A stretch of DNA of 63,445 nt, counting the filler, from Chiloscyllium plagiosum (lineage: Eukaryota), in the NCBI RefSeq assembly GCF_004010195.1. It is 3 parts of one record of this genome, joined end to end, with 100 filler letters (N's around TTAATTAATTAA, not from the genome) between each part and the next. Parts side by side here need not be neighbours in the genome. Positions count along the whole stretch, not along the records: positions 1 to 23,759 come from NC_057712.1; positions 23,860 to 45,186 come from NC_057712.1; 1 more part is not named here. One strand, written 5' to 3'. Below, piece after piece: positions 13,263 through 24,126 of the stretch. The translations under genes were made by a program, and so were the position numbers. The notes under the pieces were generated by a model, which made no database searches, had not been told where the DNA came from, and worked only from the letters and a program-made list of their open reading frames with translations. Every line of letters starts with the position of its first letter. Within the stretch, counting starts at the first letter, position 1.

Positions 13263-14222
13263 AATATTTATCCAACATTACCTTATTTACTTGCACATTG
13301 GTACAGTTTGAAAATTTTGATAATGAATTCTTAGGGAGTGAAGAAAGTGGGTTTTTACAACATTTGGATTGGATTCGTTGAAGTTGACACTAATTTATTT
13401 ACACATTATGCATGATGTTTACATTCTCCATGCTTTTGTTCTGAATTTATTTCTTAAGAAGTGAAAGCTTTCATCCCGCAGACTTTCAGCTGTGTTCTCA
13501 CAAAGAGAAATTGGCCATGGAAGCTATGCATTATTCACCCGAATGTCTTTACGGAGTTGTCTGCTAAGAATCGACCATTCCTGTTTAAGTATTTAGCTAC
13601 TGTAATATTTAACTGTTCAAAGCGTCATCCTCCTTCTTGACACAGTGCATGCAGACAGAAGATGTCAATAAAAAGACATAACATCTTCAGGATTACTAAA
13701 GACGGCACAGTTTATGATAACAAATGTATTCTTGAGTATTGGGGCCAGCTGCAGGCACTGGAGGGAGTTTGAGTTTATGCGGCTGGCCTGAGTTTGCCAC
13801 TGTATATTTTCTTGATAAAACTAACTTTCATCATTTTCCTTTCATCATAAGTGATTTGGATTCATTTGAAGGTGAACTGAAGGAAGTATAAATGTAGAAG
13901 AAATGGTATGCTTTTCAAAGGCTGTGAGAAAGAAAATTTATGTCCTACAATTTATTGTCAATAATACGTTTTGCACAACTCTGGTAATCCACAAAACAAA
14001 CATACGAATCCAATTTCAGCAGATTTGTTATGCTGGTCCTTGATCAAGTGCAAAATGGGGCCATAACAATCACGCATGTGTATATGTGTTCTAACAGAAT
14101 GATCTGCAGATCATTCCACCTTAATTACGTCACATGTGCATGGTCCCTCATTAGCAAGCAAGCTACCTCAATAAGTGAAGGGAATAATATAAAATTGATG
14201 ATATCAAACAAACTACTCATTA

Positions 14223-14360
14223 TGGAGGAAGGGAGGACTGCAGATGGTGAAGGTACAGTTTCTGGAATTCCTGATGAAGGACTTATGCCAGAAACATCGA
14301 TTCTCCTGCTCCTCGGATGCTATCTGATCTGCTGTGCTTTTCTAGCACCACACTCTTGAC
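14223..14360 (+). mobile_element. PLE family A mini-element with degraded hammerhead
   Basis: CUGAUGAAGGACUUAUGCCAGAAACAUC at 14271; flanked by act(a/g)ctcatt repeats. Confidence 0.7.
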
Positions 14361-14520
14361 ACTGCTCATTTAACAGTTTTCGTATTTAGATTTTTTTCTA
14401 GATTTAGATTTTATTGTCACGTGTGTTCAAATACAAAAGTACAGGAGTACGGTGAAAAGTGTACAATGTCGCCAGACTAGGTGCCGTCTTAGGTAGAAGT
14501 ACCTAGGTACAGTATCTGAA

Positions 14521-14600
14521 ATTCCTGATGAAGGGCTTATGCCCAAAACATCTTATGCTGCCTGACCTGCTATACTTTTCCAGAGCCACACATTTTGACT
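14521..14600 (+). mobile_element. PLE family A terminus fragment
   Basis: CUGAUGAAGGGCUUAUGCCC-AAAAC at 14525 (G12 lost). Confidence 0.65.
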
Positions 14601-14842
14601 CCTCCTCTTTGCCATGCTTTTCTTGCACTGCCCATTCTAGGTTACTTTGTTACTGACTTGAATTAGAATAGAATGTAAACAAATATGTATATACGATAGC
14701 TAATTCAATAATGCCGATTTCACGATGTTGCTTATGGTTGAAATTAATCGGTGGCTGCGTGGATGGGGAGCACACCAACTGTTAAATAAAAAGTTAAAAA
14801 TCACACAACACCAGGTTATAGTCCAACAAGTTTAGTTGGAAG

Positions 14843-14877
14843 CACTAGCTTTCGGAGCACTGCTCCTTCATCAGGTG
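14843..14877 (-). ncRNA. Intact minimal hammerhead ribozyme motif (family B)
   Basis: CAC-CUGAUGA-A-GGAGC-AGU-GCUCC-GAAAGCUA-GUG; lies in a mini-element (14787-14890) with TSD actgttaaa (14778-14786, 14891-14899). Confidence 0.8.
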
Positions 14878-16668
14878 GTCAAATACAATTACTGTTAAAG
14901 GAAAGCTGGTGGTTTTCATACTGGCTCAATATGTTTTAGCACAGTTGTGGATAAGAAAATAGTAGAAGCCATCAGCCCCCATTCCCTCACCCAACCTCCA
15001 TACTCCCAACTCCATTCAAGCAGAAAATCTGGATGCACTTCTGGAGGTAAGAAACATTTGAGCCACAAAATCATAAAACTGTGATTATCTCTAACAAAAG
15101 CTAATTTAACAGGCCTCACTTGACATTCAACAACATTATCAAACCCTCCACTATCAGCATCCTGAGGCTAATATTGTCCAGCAAATTAACCAGAGAAGCC
15201 AGTAAATCTTATGGTTTCAAGAGCAGATCAGAGGCTGAGAATCCTGCAGTGAGTGATTCACCTCCTGACTCTCCAAAGCCGTCTACCACTTACAAAGCAC
15301 AGGAGTGTGATGGACTTGTCTGGACAAGTGTGATTTAAGAAGATTGTTCATCATCGTCTTCTCAAGAGCGATTAAGAATGGGCAATGTAGGTTGAGGTAT
15401 CTACATCCTGCGAATGAATTAAATAAAACATTGAAATTGTGTCTGTCACTTTTTGATCTAAAATTTTTATAACAGCGATGGTTAGTCAAAGGAGCAGGTC
15501 CTCGTAATGCCAACACCAGGTGCAAATGAAAAAAGTGTGTTCTCTTATAAGTTATCCACAAATGGAGTAGCTCATGCATCAAAAGGTCAAATTTATCAGT
15601 ATGACTTTGTGTACAGTGACTGCAATTTTTGCATTAAAAAAATTTTCAATTTTAAATAAAACATTTTAGAAACCGAAACTCAGCCAGCAGCCAGAATTTA
15701 AAAGAGATAACTTGATTATGCATTTGGTTAGGATCTTCCATCAAAACTGTTAGGGACATATAACACGGGATTGAGAAATGATACCTCCAGTCTCTTTTTC
15801 GCTTGGTGCCTATTTACATACCTCTATTTTGCAATCTTCAGCTCACAGTCCAGTTCAAATCAGAATTTTGTTGGTTACTAGTCCAAATGACTCACTTGCA
15901 CAGACATTCCCAGCAGTTCCCATTAAAATCTTTATATAAAAAGTAAACATTGTTTTTTAACATAAATGCCTCTTGATTGTCTGCAATCTATCTTCTGCCT
16001 GTCAAATCTATGTGCCAATTTTCTTTTTTCTCATTCATTGGGCCTTGACTTTAGCTCTGTACCAGCTAGTTTAGGGTGTGTGGGCTAGTTTAAAATGTAC
16101 CTGAATCAGCCTAAAATAGATTGGAGTTCAATTAACTCCCAAACCTCATTATGATGTCACTAGTCACTAGTGATTTATAAATTGAATTAGTGGAATAGGC
16201 CAGAAATGCTCAACGTTTGAGGAACCATTTCTAATAGGTCAATCAGAGGTCATTTTAAAAGCAATTCTTAAACATTTGGCAAAGTTACAGTAGAAGCAAT
16301 GGAGTTAATTTGATTTTACTTCCATATACTTGCTTTTTAGTATACAAAATGTTAATTTGAAATGCTTGCAGATGTGCAAATGAACAACTGCTGAGGAAAG
16401 ATTATTTTCTTGGATTGCAAATCTGTAGATATTTTTCATGGAATGTTATCAGGAAGAAAAGGTTTCACCCACAATGGTTGGTTAAAGAGAAAAATACAAA
16501 AAAAATTGAAAAATCAGGATTGCCAAGTCTTGACACAGTGACTTGACAAGCTGAAGATAGATAACAGGCCCTGAAGAGGCAGTTCTGTTAGCACAAAAAT
16601 AATTTACTTTTTATTTTTAAAATATTTTAATGGGAGTTGTTTGGAATGTCTCTGTCAGTGAGTCTTAC

Positions 16669-16865
16669 CCTTCCGGCTTATTTTGTTCCAGAGGTGCTGG
16701 AAGAAGAACTTTCTCTGGCCTGAGTTTACAGATCAGCCCCACGTTTTCAGATATATTCCAGGAGACATTGGTCACAGAGGACAAGTCAATGAGGGAATTC
16801 TCAAACTCTCGCTCCATCAACATTGCCTCATTCTGCCTCAAAGATGTCCTGGACCCTGGTTCCAT
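16669..16865 (-). CDS. Candidate first coding exon of an unidentified gene
   Basis: ATG in gaaATGg context, 65 open codons (MEPGSRTSLRQNEAMLMEREFENSL...EQNKPE) ending at a strong donor GG|gtaaga; non-repetitive sequence. Confidence 0.4.
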
Positions 16866-17176
16866 TTCATGCTTTATCTTATTTGATGCCTCGACAAGAA
16901 TTTTTTTTCTTTCTTTCAGATGTTAAGGAACTTCTCCCCATTCATTCCCCAGCTTCCGCAACTTCTTTTAATTCTGCCCCTTATCATTTATTTACCGTAC
17001 TCTCTGACATTCTACTCTTTGATGACGAATGAGCTGTGTTCAGCAATGGAATCAGAGTTTATCACTTTAATCCCTCCAACTCAAGCGGCCATCACTTACA
17101 TTTCTAACTACCTTTTGTTTCTCCATGAACAGGCTGCTTCTCTACTAGATTTGTTCTTGATAGTTTCACGAGTAAA

Positions 17177-17270
17177 CCAATCAGCAGCAAGGACAGGAGA
17201 GAACTGGAGTGTGATTGGAGGAGCAGCTTATTTCCATCCTCATCCATTCTATTCACAAAGGGTGAATTGG
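17177..17270. promoter_or_regulatory. Cluster of three CCAAT boxes upstream of the candidate first exon
   Basis: CCAAT 17177-17181; ATTGG 17214-17218 and 17266-17270. Confidence 0.25.
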
Positions 17271-17315
17271 TTGTGGGAGAAAGGTTAATTTTCCTGAATG
17301 ATCTGGAGACTTTAT

Positions 17316-17488
17316 TTTTTTTTTCCTGCTTATGATATTTTATTAAACAAATTACAAAACAATTTACAAAAACAGTTAATATTTACAGCTGATTACAACA
17401 GCAATTTTACAAGGGAGAGGAACAGCAAAGCTAGGCCCCAAACCCTACCATTAACCATTTTATAATGAGATGAGGACAAATCTCAAGT
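17316..17488 (-). mobile_element. Poly(A)-tailed retroposed insert with 14-bp TSD
   Basis: TCTGGAGACTTTAT at 17302-17315 and 17489-17502; minus-strand AATAAA followed by an A-run. Confidence 0.7.
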
Positions 17489-18284
17489 TCTGGAGACTTT
17501 ATAGGGCACTTTTAACCATTACCCTCAAGGTGTTTTGAGTTTTGCATCTGCGATGTCTGCTGATAGTGGATAATATTACAAATGTACCCTCTGATGTACC
17601 ATTAGTGAGTAGCAGTCCATGTTGTACCCTCTGTGATGTCTGCTGTCAGTGGGTAATATTTTATATTGTTCAATCCACTGATATAACTTAAGATTGGATA
17701 CTCATTGACTTCAATTGGCAAAAAGATTGATCTCAAACCTCATGCTCTCATCAATCCTGTTTTGTGTCTCATAAATCTCCAGTAACATCTTTTCTGTGTG
17801 TGTATATGTATTCAAGACATTTTCTTTGGATGTTGGGGATTGCCAGGAAGACAGTTTTCAACTGTAACTATGTTAATAATACATTTAAAGTTGAGGGAAA
17901 CTTGGTTGAATTTTTCACTGATGGGTTGTAGTTCATTCAGTAAACCCAGGTACGAGACTTTGTTGTCAGGTATCAGAGTGGATAGTTCAATAGTATGACT
18001 GAAATGGATTGCATATGCTACAGTAATTTCCTTTTTGCTCTTGCTTCCACTTGAGCAATAGTAGTATAATGGAGAATTTAAAATATGCTCATAATTTAGT
18101 GTTATGTTGACAAAATAAGCTTTTCTCCTGTCAATTATTTCATGGGAAAACATGCCAAGTTCATAATTTGGAAACACAAATGCCCCCAAAAGTTCTCATA
18201 CTTGGGAGAGAAGAATGAAAATCTGCTTTCAAATCGCCATATCAGCTGTTGTTAAGAAAGAACAGGTTACATTTAACAGTGCAT

Positions 18285-18602
18285 TACGGCAGCATGGTGG
18301 CTCAGTGGTCATCACTGCTGCCTCACAGCACCAGGGACCCTGGTTCGATTCCAGCCTTGGGTGACTGTCTGTTTGGAGTTTGCACATTCTCCCCGTGTCT
18401 GTGTGTATTTCCTCTGGGTGCTCCAGTTTCCTCCCGCAATCAAAGCTGTGCACATCAGGTGAATTGGCCATGCCCAAAGTGTTAGGTGCATTAGTCAGGG
18501 TAAATATAGGGCATGAGAAGGGTTCTGGGTGAGTTACTTTTTGGAGGGTCGGTATGGACTTGTTGGGCTGAAGGGTCTGTTTCCATATTGTAGGGAACCT
18601 AA
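18285..18602 (+). mobile_element. HE1-type V-SINE
   Basis: A box GGTGGCTCAGTGG, B box GGTTCGATTCC, V domain and CR1-like tail. Confidence 0.9.
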
Positions 18603-18619
18603 AATAAAAAAATAATAAA

Positions 18620-18787
18620 ATTGTTAAAAATCATTTAACACTGGGTTATAGTTCAACAGGTTTACTTGGGAGTGCTGCTTCTTCATCAGGTAGCTAGTGG
18701 TTCCAAATAAACCTGTTGGACTATAACCTGGTGTTGTGTGAGTTAACACTTTGTCCATCCCAGTCCAAAACTGGCACCTCTACATCA
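18620..18787. mobile_element. PLE family B fold-back mini-element
   Basis: Inverted arms (ggttatagttcaacaggttta / taaacctgttggactataacc) with a partial minus-strand CUGAUGA. Confidence 0.7.
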
Positions 18788-19598
18788 CATTTAACATTGT
18801 TCTTGAACTTGGGGTCTATAGATCCTATAATGATACGTGCGTTCTTTCATTGCTAATGTTAAGGTGAAGTGATTGGATTTTCAAGATTAGCAAGCAGTCA
18901 CGTTAGCATGCAGCAAGCAGTGCTTGAAATTTTTCCACTCACTTGCTGCCAAACAGGAATTCTGGAATGTTTATTTAGCTAAGTAGGACAGTGAATATCC
19001 ATAGGAATGAAATTTGGTGAAATATGAAGAAGTTCTAATTGCAGTCAATATTAATTCAACCGGTCTGAACAAATGGGAGTGCATCAGCTTGCACAGACTC
19101 AGGCTCCAGTCTCTGGTTTTATTGACTGAATCAGATCACATGACCCAAAGTACTTCAGGACATGAAGCGAGATTACAGTAAGTGACAAGCAGTCTCAACC
19201 CAAAGCTCTTGAATAATTATGGTCTTGCACAAAATGATTTTAAGTAATTGAAGAGGACCTTTAATTGTAAAGTGCAAGTTCCAGCAAGCTTTGAACATCT
19301 GCAACCATTTGTGTAAATGTACATGCAATCAACATGTTTTAGCAACTTTAAAATATACCTTACTGGTTTCAACTTTTATACTCGGTGGAATTATAATTTG
19401 ATTTTGTTGCCATTCTTTAAATCAATGTTAAATCAAATTTTTCCACAGTCTGATCTAGTCTTCAGATAGTCTTTACGCTCACCAACAAGTGTGCTGGGCA
19501 TGAATCTTTTCCTAAAGTTAAATTAATACTCCTACACTCAGTCAATATTAATATCAAAACTTGGAGATTAGGCCTTAGCTAGGTCAGAGACTCAATAA

Positions 19599-19806
19599 TA
19601 TTAGCTAATTTTGAGAAGATTTGTAGCTCAGGTTAAGGTTCTGGATGTAGGTTTGCTCGCTGAGCTGGAGGTTCTTTTTCAGATGTTTCGTCACCCTACT
19701 AGGTAACATCTTCAGTGAGCCTCTGGACAAAGGCTCTGGACGAAGACTAGAATGGTGATGAAATGTCTGAAAAAGAACTTCCAGCTCAGCGAGCAAATCT
19801 ACATCC
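19599..19806. mobile_element. PLE family C fold-back mini-element
   Basis: Inverted arms about 19643-19695 / 19754-19806; TSD actcaataa at 19590-19598 and 19807-19815. Confidence 0.8.
19679..19718 (-). ncRNA. Minimal hammerhead ribozyme motif (family C)
   Basis: UCA-CUGAAGA-U-GUUACC-UAGUAG-GGUGAC-GAAACAUC-UGA (stem III altered by a CpG-type change). Confidence 0.7.
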
Positions 19807-19844
19807 ACTCAATAACACTCCCTGATAAAGAAACTCAAGTCCAA

Positions 19845-20190
19845 CATCAGATATGTCTAGAATTATGAAGGGCACAGAAAGAATGGATGGAAAGGTATTT
19901 TCCATTAGTAGAGAAGTCAATAACCAGCAGACAAAGATTTAAGGTAAAAGGTAGAAGGCTAAGATTTTCATCTAGAGGTTGGTGAAAGTCTTGAACTCAC
20001 AGTCTGGAAGGGTAGTCAAGTCAGAAACTCTTGAAGCATTTAAGCAGCATGAAGATATTACTTGAGATGCCTAGCCCTAAGAGCTATAGGCCAAGAATTG
20101 GAAGATGGGATTAGCGTAGTCAGATCTTTGTTGACTGGTGCAGACATGACAGGCTTTATGGCCTCTTTCTGTGCTGTAAACATCCACAAA
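19845..20190 (+). mobile_element. Old CR1 3' fragment
   Basis: Degenerate RT C-terminus and terminal ggcctctttctgtgctgtaa. Confidence 0.65.
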
Positions 20191-20234
20191 TCTAACCATG
20201 AAACAGCTCTTATGTTGCATTCATTGCTCAATGA

Positions 20235-20632
20235 ATAACTCTGTCACCTCAGAGTCAGAGGGCAGATTTCAGGTCTGATCTCATTCCAATGATTAGAGCT
20301 TATAGACCAGGCTAACTCTCCAACGCAGCACTGAGGCAGGGTGAATCTGTCAGAGACACCATTCATTGATGAGACTTTAATCACAGGCACATATACCCTG
20401 AAAGATTATTCATTAAATTTGCTGTACTGTATGAAGAATTGCAGGGAGTTATTTGTTGCCTTGGTTTCTCCATGAATGAGCACTTCTAAAACATTGTATA
20501 GTCATCTTCCCATCACTATTTGTCAGATGTTGATGGGTGCAAATTGACTGTGGTGTTTGCCTGCTGTTGAAAAGCATTCAATTGGCTGTGAAGTGCTTTG
20601 AGGATGGTGCTTTATCAAGGTAAGTCTTTTCT
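20235..20632 (+). mobile_element. DeuSINE (SacSINE1/AmnSINE-like), old
   Basis: Deu-domain-like gcagcactgaggcagg...ctgtcagagacacc...gatgagactttaa...gaagaattgcagggagtt and an L2-like tail (attggctgtgaagtgctttg). Confidence 0.65.
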
Positions 20633-21339
20633 TCTACTCTTGATCTTATGCTTCTGATAGGAAGCATTCTCTCAATGACTCTGCCAATTTAGTGTCAAAT
20701 TGCTGTGAATTATTTATTGCAAATGGAATTAGGATCATACAACATAATTTAATATAGTTCATGTCCAACCAGGAGACAATAAAGGTTTTCAACCGTCTCC
20801 TCCTTTTGTCAGTGTCTTTAGATAGATTTTGATCTACCAGAGAACAAAGGATTATGGAGGAATGGCAGAGGAGTGTACTTGCAGCCAAAGTTAGATCAGC
20901 TCCTGCTCTTATTTATGTGTACTTATACTCTTTCAATCAGATGATAGACAATGATCTTTCATTTGGATTAAGGTAATGAGCTGGCTTCAGTCTTCAACAG
21001 AAGGTTCGTTAGTGACTCATGGGCCAATGGATCTGGCATTCTCTCCCTTGTTTTCAATTATTTTCTTCAACTTGAGTGAAATAACTCACTCTTCGAACAA
21101 ATGATGGGAATAAATATGTAAGAACAAGATTTGTGTTATGTCATTGACTCAGGCAAAGCATTCATTAGTTGGCAATATTATAATAATGTCAAATAACTTT
21201 GGGATGTTGAATATAAGTTAAAATCTTCCTTTTCTCCATCAATTTAGTACTACACAATTAGTGTGTAAATGAATCATAGCTCCCAAATTATTGGTACTTG
21301 ACTGGCTACTACAAAGGCTATGGGCCCTGACTAGATGTT

Positions 21340-22292
21340 TGCAATAATACTGAAGACTTGAGTTACAGAACTTGCTGTGCCCCAAGCCAAGTTGTTCCAA
21401 CTCTGGCCTCTACTTGACAATGTTGAAAATGACCCAGATGCATTCTGTATACAAAAAGCAGGACAAATCCGGCCTGGCCAATTAACATGCTATCAGTCTC
21501 CTCTTGATCATCAGTAAAGTGACAGGAAGGATCATCAATAGTGCTATCAAGTGGTACTTGCTTTGTAGTGGAAATGTGTTGCTGGAGAAGCGCAGCAGGT
21601 CAGGCAGCATCTAGGGAACAGGAGAATCGACGTTTCGGGCATTAGCTCTTCTTCAGGAATCCTGAAGAAGGGCTAATGCCCAAAACGTCGATTCTCCTGT
21701 TCCCTGGATGCTGCCTGACCTGCTGCGCTTCTCCAGCAACACATTTCCATCTCTGATCTCCAGCATCTGCAGACCTCACTTTCTCTTGCTTTGTAGTAGC
21801 CTGACACTGTCATTCAAAGCACGAGTCAGGAATGTGACAGAACACTTCCCACTTACAGTTCCAAAAACTACTCAAGCAGCTAGACATCATCCAAAACAAA
21901 ACATCACAAGTGATTCATGGCACATCCACAAACATTCACTCCCTCCATCACAATGTTCAGTAGCAGCACTGTGTACTATTTTAAAGATGCACTGAAGAAG
22001 TTCACCATGGCTCCCGATAGCACCTTCCAATCCTGTGAACACTGCTATCTAGAAAGAAAAGTACATCAGATACATGGGAACACCACCTCCTCCTAGTTCT
22101 CCTCCAAGTCACTCACCATCCTGACTTGCAAATATATCACCCCTCCTTCACTATCACTGGGTCAAAATTCTGGAATTTTCTCCCTAATAGCATTGTGGGT
22201 CTACCTACAATAAATGGACTGCAGTGCTTCCCAGGAAGGGATGGGTAATGAATGCTGGCCCAGCCACCAGTGTCCATACCCCAGAAATTAAT
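21340..22292 (+). mobile_element. CR1-related LINE 3' region (second LINE family), interrupted by a PLE palindrome
   Basis: aaaagcaggacaaatcc...atcagtctcctc RT-upstream motif; 3' tail gatgggtaatgaatgctggcccagcc shared with the second SINE family. Confidence 0.65.
21570..21784. mobile_element. PLE family A fold-back mini-element with hammerheads on both strands
   Basis: About 90-bp near-perfect inverted arms centred at 21658; TSD CTTGCTTTGTAGT at 21557-21569 and 21785-21797. Confidence 0.85.
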
Positions 22293-22402
22293 TAAATGGA
22301 CTTGAACAGCCATTTGGATCAGACCCACACAAATCTGGCACTATGTAGTGAAATAGTTACACAGTGCACTGTTTTGTACAGTGTCTTATGAACTTGCCCC
22401 AT

Positions 22403-22515
22403 TAGCTACCTGATGAAAGAGCAGCGCTCCGAAAGCGAGTGCTTCCAAATAAACTTGTTGGACTATAACTTGGTGTTGTGTGATTTTTAACTTTGTCCAC
22501 CCCAGTCCAACACCG
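22403..22515 (+). mobile_element. PLE family B terminus with hammerhead motif
   Basis: CUGAUGA-A-AGAGC-AGC-GCUCC-GAAAGCGA at 22410 (cleavage-site U lost). Confidence 0.7.
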
Positions 22516-23138
22516 TTAATTCCATATCTCGTATTGAAGCTTAGTAGGGTAGGAGTCATACCTGACAATAGTAGACAGCTTTGAACTTTAGGGGCAAGAT
22601 TATCATCTTCAAAGCAATCTTCTAAGATGGCTCTCTCCCTCAAGTTACAAAAAGTTCAGATGGTGTTATTAGTCCTTTTCCTCCATGTAACCAATTACAT
22701 CCTGATTCAACTTCTGGGAAAGTACTCGCTTTATTGTTTCTGGGCTGACGAACCATGCTTTCCAGGTTTTAGATCTTTGTAGTGAGCTGATAAAGAACAT
22801 TCAACAGCTTTTATTTCATTTTCTGCCATACAGATCTCTTTCTGGGAATGATTTGCTTATTATTTTCGTAAGAATTCTCTGTTTACCTTTAGGTCTCTGT
22901 CTGATTTCTCTTTCGATCTGCATCTGCATCTATATGTTTGTCTAACAACTCCTTAGGTTATAACTTTCCTTTTGAGTCTGTAGCTATCACTTGTCTTTGG
23001 TCACACAGCATAAATAATCTTAGGTTTTTTCCAATAGGTACAGCTTTCAAGTCAAGGTTTACCATGTCACATGCACTAGTATTGTGCTTGCCCAGCAACT
23101 GTTCAATTGAGCCCTTTACAATTATGTAGAGTCGTTTT

Positions 23139-23355
23139 GAAACACTTTTGACATTTTAAACAAATTATATAGTCACAGAGATGTACAGCACGGAAACAGA
23201 CCCTTCGGTCCAACTAGTCCATGCCGATCATAGAACATAGAACATAGAAACACTTTTGACATTTTAAACAAATTATATAGTCATAGAGATGTACAGCACG
23301 GAAACAGACCCTTCGGTCCAACTAGTCCATGCCGATCATAGAACATAGAACATAG
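23139..23355. repeat. 108-bp direct tandem duplication
   Basis: gaaacacttttgacattttaaa...catagaacata at 23139 and 23247; one substitution (gtcacag/gtcatag). Confidence 0.9.
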
Positions 23356-23759
23356 AACATAGAAAAATACAGCGCCGTACAAGCCCTTCGGCCCTCAATG
23401 ATGCGCCGATCCAAGCCCACCTAACCTACACTAGCCCACTATCCTCCATATGCCTATCCAATGCCCGTTTAAATGCCCATAAAGAGGGAGAGTCCACCAC
23501 TGCTACTGGCAGGGCATTCAATGAACTCACGACTCGCTGAGTAAAGAACCTACCCCTAACATCTGTCCTATACCTACCACCCCTTAATTTAAAGCTATGC
23601 CCCCTCATAATAGCTGACTCCATACGTGGAAAAAGATCCTCACTGTCGACCCTATCTAAACCCCTAATCATCTTATACACCTCTATCAAGTCACCCCTAA
23701 ACCTTCTTTACACCATTGAAAACAACCCCAAGTGCCTCAGCCTTACCTCATACGATCTT
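23340..23759 (-). mobile_element. Young CR1 LINE 3' end
   Basis: IEVYKMIRGLDRVD...RGRFFTQRVV; (CATAGAA)n tail. Confidence 0.9.
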
Positions 23760-23859
23760 NNNNNNNNNNNNNNNNNNNNNNNNNNNNNNNNNNNNNNNNN
23801 NNNTTAATTAATTAANNNNNNNNNNNNNNNNNNNNNNNNNNNNNNNNNNNNNNNNNNNN
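23760..23859. other. Artificial 100-bp assembly spacer
   Basis: 44 N + TTAATTAATTAA (stop codons in all six frames) + 44 N. Confidence 0.9.
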
Positions 23860-24126
23860 GCCATTCCAGGAATTGATCTCGTGAACCTACGCTGCACTCC
23901 CTCCATAGCCAGAATGTCTTTTCTCAAATTTGGAGACCAGAACTGCACACAGTACTCCAGGTGTGGTCTCACCAGGGCCCTGTACAGCTGCAGAAGCACC
24001 TCTTTGCTTCTATACTCAATCCCTCTTGTTGTGAAGGCCAGCATACTATTAGCCTTCTTCACTACCTGCTGTACCTGCATGCTTGCTTTCATTGACTGGT
24101 GTACAAGAACACCCAGATCTCTCTGT
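23860..24126 (-). mobile_element. CR1 LINE RT fragment
   Basis: KKANSMLAF...[19 protein letters not shown]. Confidence 0.9.

Noticed and set aside
17812..18189. 125-aa minus-strand ORF in unique AT-rich DNA
   Set aside because: Non-ATG start, a stop just upstream in frame, the nearby acceptor gives short frames, and no recognisable motif.
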